From contig JBJCIZ010000160.1 in NCBI GenBank assembly GCA_051294375.1, positions 1 through 11,128 of the forward strand: a stretch of DNA of 11,128 bases. Direction: 5' to 3'. The translations under genes were made by a program, and so were the position numbers. This document shows positions 7,401-11,128 of the stretch, piece after piece. The stretch is from Paraspadella gotoi (taxonomy: Eukaryota > Animalia > Chaetognatha). The notes under the pieces were generated by a model. It ran no database searches. It was not told the DNA's origin and saw only the letters and a list, made by a program, of their open reading frames with translations. Every line of letters begins with the position of its first letter. Within the stretch, counting starts at the first letter, position 1.

Positions 7401-10400
7401 ACGCTGTGCCCCGCGCCAATCTCGCCGATTCACCTGACAGCTTTCTCCTCCGCGTTAAGGATGCAACCGACGGCCGCCATTGGCTAGTCGACGGCGGCGC
7501 CCTTATCTCGTTGATCCCGCCGACGATGGCCCAGCGTGTCGCCGGCCCCATCGGACCTAAGCTTCAAGCGGCAAACGGCACTCCCATCGATTCCTACGGC
7601 GTTGTCCACCGACGAGTAGTACTTGGCAGCAGAGTTTTTTCTTTCGACTTCACCGTAGCAGACGTAACGCAAAGCATATTGGGGGCAGATTTTTTGGCCG
7701 AATTCTACCTGGCCCCCAATCATCGAGACGGCACGCTCTTAGACTTAAGAGATTTATCGACTATATCATGCGACGTCTCAGATATCGCTCCTCCCTCTCA
7801 TGTTAATTTCGTGGAGGAAAAAAGCAACGCCTATTACACCTTACTGGACCAGTATCCGACTCTAGCGACGCCGACTTTCGAAATTAAGGCGCCCAAACAT
7901 GGAGTAAAGCACCATATCCCGACTTTTGGCCGACCATGCCAAGCAAGGGCCCGCAGGCTTCCACCAGAAAAACTAGCAGTAGCCAAAGCGGAACTGGAGA
8001 AACTAGTCGCCCTGGGCGTAGCTAAACGTGCGAAAAGCTCGTGGTCATCGCCTCTACTCTGTGTGCCAAAAGCTGACGGTGGATGGCGATGCTGCGGAGA
8101 CTTCCGCCGGCTTAATGCAAACACAAAGGATGACAAGTACCCTGTCAAACTCCTGGCAGACTTCAACGCGGAGTTGGCAGGGAAAAAGATATTCTCTAAA
8201 ATTGATCTGCTTAAGGGGTATCACCAGATCCCCGTAGCAGAAGAGGATATCCCTAAGACGGCGGTAATCACCCCATTTGGATTATTCGTCTTTCTCCGCA
8301 CCCCGTTTGGCCTCAAGAACGCGGGGCAGGATTTCCAGCGGATGATGGACGAAATCCTGGGAGATATTCCCCACACGTACGTCTACTTGGACGACATCCT
8401 CGTCGCAAGCGTTGACCAAGAGGAGCATCTCAAAGACCTCAAGGCTGTTTTCGACTCCCTCGCCGATAACGGCCTAGTAATCAATAGGAAAAAGTGCATC
8501 CTAGGCCAGCCATCCCTAGAGTTCCTGGGATATTTAGTGGACGCAACTGGAGTTAAGCCTCTCCCACAAAAGGTAGAGGCGATACGCGCCACCAACCCCC
8601 CTACAACGGTCAAGGAACTACAACGATTTCTAGGCATGGTTAATTACTATCGCCGCTTTATTCCTAACGCCGCTCACCATGCCGCGGCGTTGTATGACAT
8701 CTTGGCAGGCAAACCAAAACAACTGAACTGGTCCGCTAAGTGCACAGAATCTTTCAACGCCGTCAAGGAGGCCTTGGCAAACGCCGCCCTCCTCCGCCAC
8801 CCGCAGACTAACGCACAATTGGCGCTCACGACTGACGCATCCGATATTGCCGTCGGCGCCGTTCTCGAGCAAAGATCATTGCAAGGATGGGAACCACTGG
8901 CGTTCTTCTCTGCCAAGCTGGACGACTCTCAACGGCGCTGGCCACCATTCGATCGAGAACTATACGGCGCCTTCAGAGCAGTCCGTCACTTCCGGCACTG
9001 GCTTGAAGGAAGATCTTTTACACTGTATACAGATCACCAATCGCTAATCCACGCGCTGCATAAACGTGCCGAGCCTCAAACGACTCGACACAATTTTCAA
9101 CTTTCGGTGATATCAGAGTTCACCACGGACATTCGCCACATCCGCGGCAAAGCAAACGTAGTCGCGGATGCGTTGTCGAGACCAAATCCGCCGCCGATCG
9201 CCGCAGTTGACCGACCACTGCCTCAAGAAAAATCCCAGGATCTTCACACGACCATCAACGCCATAGGGCACGAGGGGATAGACCTCGAGGAGATGGCACG
9301 ACACCAAGCACTCGATAGAGACTTCCAACGCCTCGCCAACGACGCCAGAACTGGCCTGCAGTTTCGAAAGGTCACCGTCGGAAACCAAGAGCTCTTTGTC
9401 GACATCTCTAACGGCCCTGCACGCCCATTCGTTCCCGAATCATGGCGCAAGAAGATCTTTGACGCTATCCACGGCTTAGGCCACCCTGGGATAGCGAGAA
9501 CCAGAGAGACAATCGCCTCCAAGTTTGTTTGGCCGTCACTGAAGGCAGACGCCACACGTTGGGCAAGAGAATGCCTTCCATGCCAACGGGCAAAAGTTAC
9601 CCGTCACGTGACTCCCAACATCGGAGAATTTGAAGTCCCAGCCAAGCGCTTCCACCATCTCAACGTGGATATAACGCTGATGCCCATGTCAAACGGATAC
9701 AGCTCATTGTTAACGGTAGTTGACAGATTCTCGAGATGGCCCGCGGCTATTCCAATGAAGGATATGTCAACAACATCAGTCGTGGACGCCATAGCCCATG
9801 GGTGGATCGCCCAATTCGGCATTCCATCTGCAATCACAACGGACAGGGGTGCCCAATTCTCGACAGCAATCTGGACGCAACTCACGCAGACATGGGGCAT
9901 TAAACATCATCAGACTACAGCATATCACCCACAGTCGAATGGATTGGTGGAACGTTTTCATCGTCGCCTTAAGGAGGCGCTAGTGGCCCTCGGCGACAAT
10001 GAACCGCATCAGTGGTTCTGGAGGTTGCCCGCGGCACTCCTGGCAATCCGCACGACTATAAAGCCCGACATCGGGGCATCCCCAGCGGAACTGGTCTATG
10101 GAGAAGGACTCGCCGTCCCCGGCGACGTCCTCCCTCCTCCAATCGACGACGAGCATCTCCAGGATCATCGCCGACTTCTCCGCGATAACCTCCGTGTCGA
10201 AGTGGAGCGTCTCCAACCTACAGAAACTTCGACGCATCGAGTTCCCCGCCTCTATCTACCGGATACGCTCAGCGACGCCACCCACGTCTTCATTCAGCGC
10301 GCGGGCGTACATCCTCCACTAACGGCGCCGTATCACGGCCCATATCGAGTAATCTCTCGCGATAATTTAAACTTTAAGGTCGAGATACCAGGACGCGGCG

Positions 10401-10984
10401 CCGAGCTTGTTTCCATCTCGAGAATAAAGCCAGCGACTTTGTGGCGCGACGAAGACGGCGAAGAGCGTGCCTCCCAACCGTCCCCGCCTCCATCACCGCC
10501 TCCCCCAGGCCGACGTCCAGGCATTCGAACGCGCCAACCACCGCCGACGTCCAGACAAACCCGATCGGCAACTCGCCAGCGAGAACAAACTTTAGCGAAT
10601 CAAAATCAACAAAGAGAAGAGCATCACGACGACGACGACGATGACGACGACGTCGAGATGCCTCAGGCTGATTTAAATACGAGAACTCTTTCAGCGCCAC
10701 CTCCAGAAACCGCGCCCACTTCCGTTCCTAGACGCAGCGCCAATATGGAAGGCCACGCCCTCCCGGACGCGACCACAGCGCCATCGCTTACCTTCGGCGC
10801 TCCCCCAGCGTCGCCAGCGCCACTTCCGGCGGCAATATCAACGGAAGACACGCGTTCCAGGCCACGCCCACCGTCGGAGCGTTTCTCACGCCCCCAACCT
10901 TCGAACTTCTCGTATAAAACAATAAACTCCATTTCGAAAAGAGATTATAACACAGTACTCCGTCACCTATTGGATTTAAAGTGA
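7313..10984 (+). CDS. pol: Pol polyprotein of element B (protease, RT, RNase H, integrase, long C-terminal tail); real entry probably at the frameshift ~7376
   Basis: WLVDGGA (DGG 7490-7498), ILGADFL, YLDD (8384-8395), TTDAS, YTDH, ADALSR, HGLGH..CLPC, NVD/TDRG/LVE catalytic core, GPY (10337-10345). Confidence 0.96.
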   Translation: MRTRLRQEKRAPRKEGDVIGKRRRGPAQVNAVPRANLADSPDSFLLRVKDATDGRHWLVDGGALISLIPPTMAQRVAGPIGPKLQAANGTPIDSYGVVHRRVVLGSRVFSFDFTVADVTQSILGADFLAEFYLAPNHRDGTLLDLRDLSTISCDVSDIAPPSHVNFVEEKSNAYYTLLDQYPTLATPTFEIKAPKHGVKHHIPTFGRPCQARARRLPPEKLAVAKAELEKLVALGVAKRAKSSWSSPLLCVPKADGGWRCCGDFRRLNANTKDDKYPVKLLADFNAELAGKKIFSKIDLLKGYHQIPVAEEDIPKTAVITPFGLFVFLRTPFGLKNAGQDFQRMMDEILGDIPHTYVYLDDILVASVDQEEHLKDLKAVFDSLADNGLVINRKKCILGQPSLEFLGYLVDATGVKPLPQKVEAIRATNPPTTVKELQRFLGMVNYYRRFIPNAAHHAAALYDILAGKPKQLNWSAKCTESFNAVKEALANAALLRHPQTNAQLALTTDASDIAVGAVLEQRSLQGWEPLAFFSAKLDDSQRRWPPFDRELYGAFRAVRHFRHWLEGRSFTLYTDHQSLIHALHKRAEPQTTRHNFQLSVISEFTTDIRHIRGKANVVADALSRPNPPPIAAVDRPLPQEKSQDLHTTINAIGHEGIDLEEMARHQALDRDFQRLANDARTGLQFRKVTVGNQELFVDISNGPARPFVPESWRKKIFDAIHGLGHPGIARTRETIASKFVWPSLKADATRWARECLPCQRAKVTRHVTPNIGEFEVPAKRFHHLNVDITLMPMSNGYSSLLTVVDRFSRWPAAIPMKDMSTTSVVDAIAHGWIAQFGIPSAITTDRGAQFSTAIWTQLTQTWGIKHHQTTAYHPQSNGLVERFHRRLKEALVALGDNEPHQWFWRLPAALLAIRTTIKPDIGASPAELVYGEGLAVPGDVLPPPIDDEHLQDHRRLLRDNLRVEVERLQPTETSTHRVPRLYLPDTLSDATHVFIQRAGVHPPLTAPYHGPYRVISRDNLNFKVEIPGRGAELVSISRIKPATLWRDEDGEERASQPSPPPSPPPPGRRPGIRTRQPPPTSRQTRSATRQREQTLANQNQQREEHHDDDDDDDDVEMPQADLNTRTLSAPPPETAPTSVPRRSANMEGHALPDATTAPSLTFGAPPASPAPLPAAISTEDTRSRPRPPSERFSRPQPSNFSYKTINSISKRDYNTVLRHLLDLK
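7370..7415 (+). promoter_or_regulatory. -1 frameshift signal: G GGA AAC plus GC-rich stem-loop
   Basis: Heptamer 7370-7376 in the gag frame; stems CGCGGG/CCCGCG (7382-7387/7410-7415) and CAGCG/CGCTG (7389-7393/7402-7406); pol is in the -1 frame. Confidence 0.85.
10628..10651 (+). repeat. (GAC/GAT)8 microsatellite encoding poly-Asp
   Basis: Read directly from the sequence. Confidence 0.85.
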
Positions 10985-11119
10985 GTTAATTACCTTTCAA
11001 TACTTTTTACCTCTACTCGATGTAATATATGTATATATTGAACATTTATAAAGTATTCGAATCACTATTGCTTACCTAATAAGCCCAACCGTTTTCCGCA
11101 AACCGTGATGTTTTCGTCT

Positions 11120-11127
11120 GGGGGGGA
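11120..11127 (+). promoter_or_regulatory. Polypurine tract of B
   Basis: GGGGGGGA about 135 nt after the pol stop, where the 3' LTR is expected to follow. Confidence 0.75.
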
Positions 11128-11128
11128 T

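Larger units (their letters stand above)
5556..11128 (+). mobile_element. Ty3/Gypsy LTR retrotransposon B (CsRn1/Kabuki-like), complete internal region, 3' LTR beyond the window
   Basis: LTR-PBS-gag-pol-PPT with uninterrupted ORFs. The left boundary is uncertain (5556, or as far left as 5338). Confidence 0.95.

Noticed and set aside
6196-10932. Many 60-140 aa ORFs overlapping gag/pol B
   Set aside because: Shadow ORFs of GC-rich coding sequence; their similarity to A's antisense ORFs only reflects pol homology.
10985-11119. env gene or start of the 3' LTR of B
   Set aside because: Short AT-rich UTR with no ORF, upstream of the PPT; only brief chance-level matches to 5556-5620.

Overview
Eukaryotic (probably animal) DNA holding two related but distinct Ty3/Gypsy LTR retrotransposons with CsRn1/Kabuki-type Gag (Cx2Hx9Cx3C knuckle), arranged head-to-head. 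Element A is on the minus strand: gag 3238-4338 and a pol frame open from ~3268 to the left edge, which the ORF track missed. Element B is on the plus strand: gag 6264-7400, pol to 10984, polypurine tract at the right edge. Both have a G-GGA-AAC -1 frameshift site, a degenerate tRNA-Trp-like PBS and an atypical protease triad (DGG). Between the inferred ~650-bp 5' LTRs lies a ~154-bp degenerate telomeric (CCCTAA/CCTAA)n tract that begins exactly at the inferred outer end of LTR A. Three tRNA-like/Pol III B-box units surround the tract, two pointing towards it from opposite sides. LTR outer boundaries are inferred because both 3' LTRs lie outside the window.
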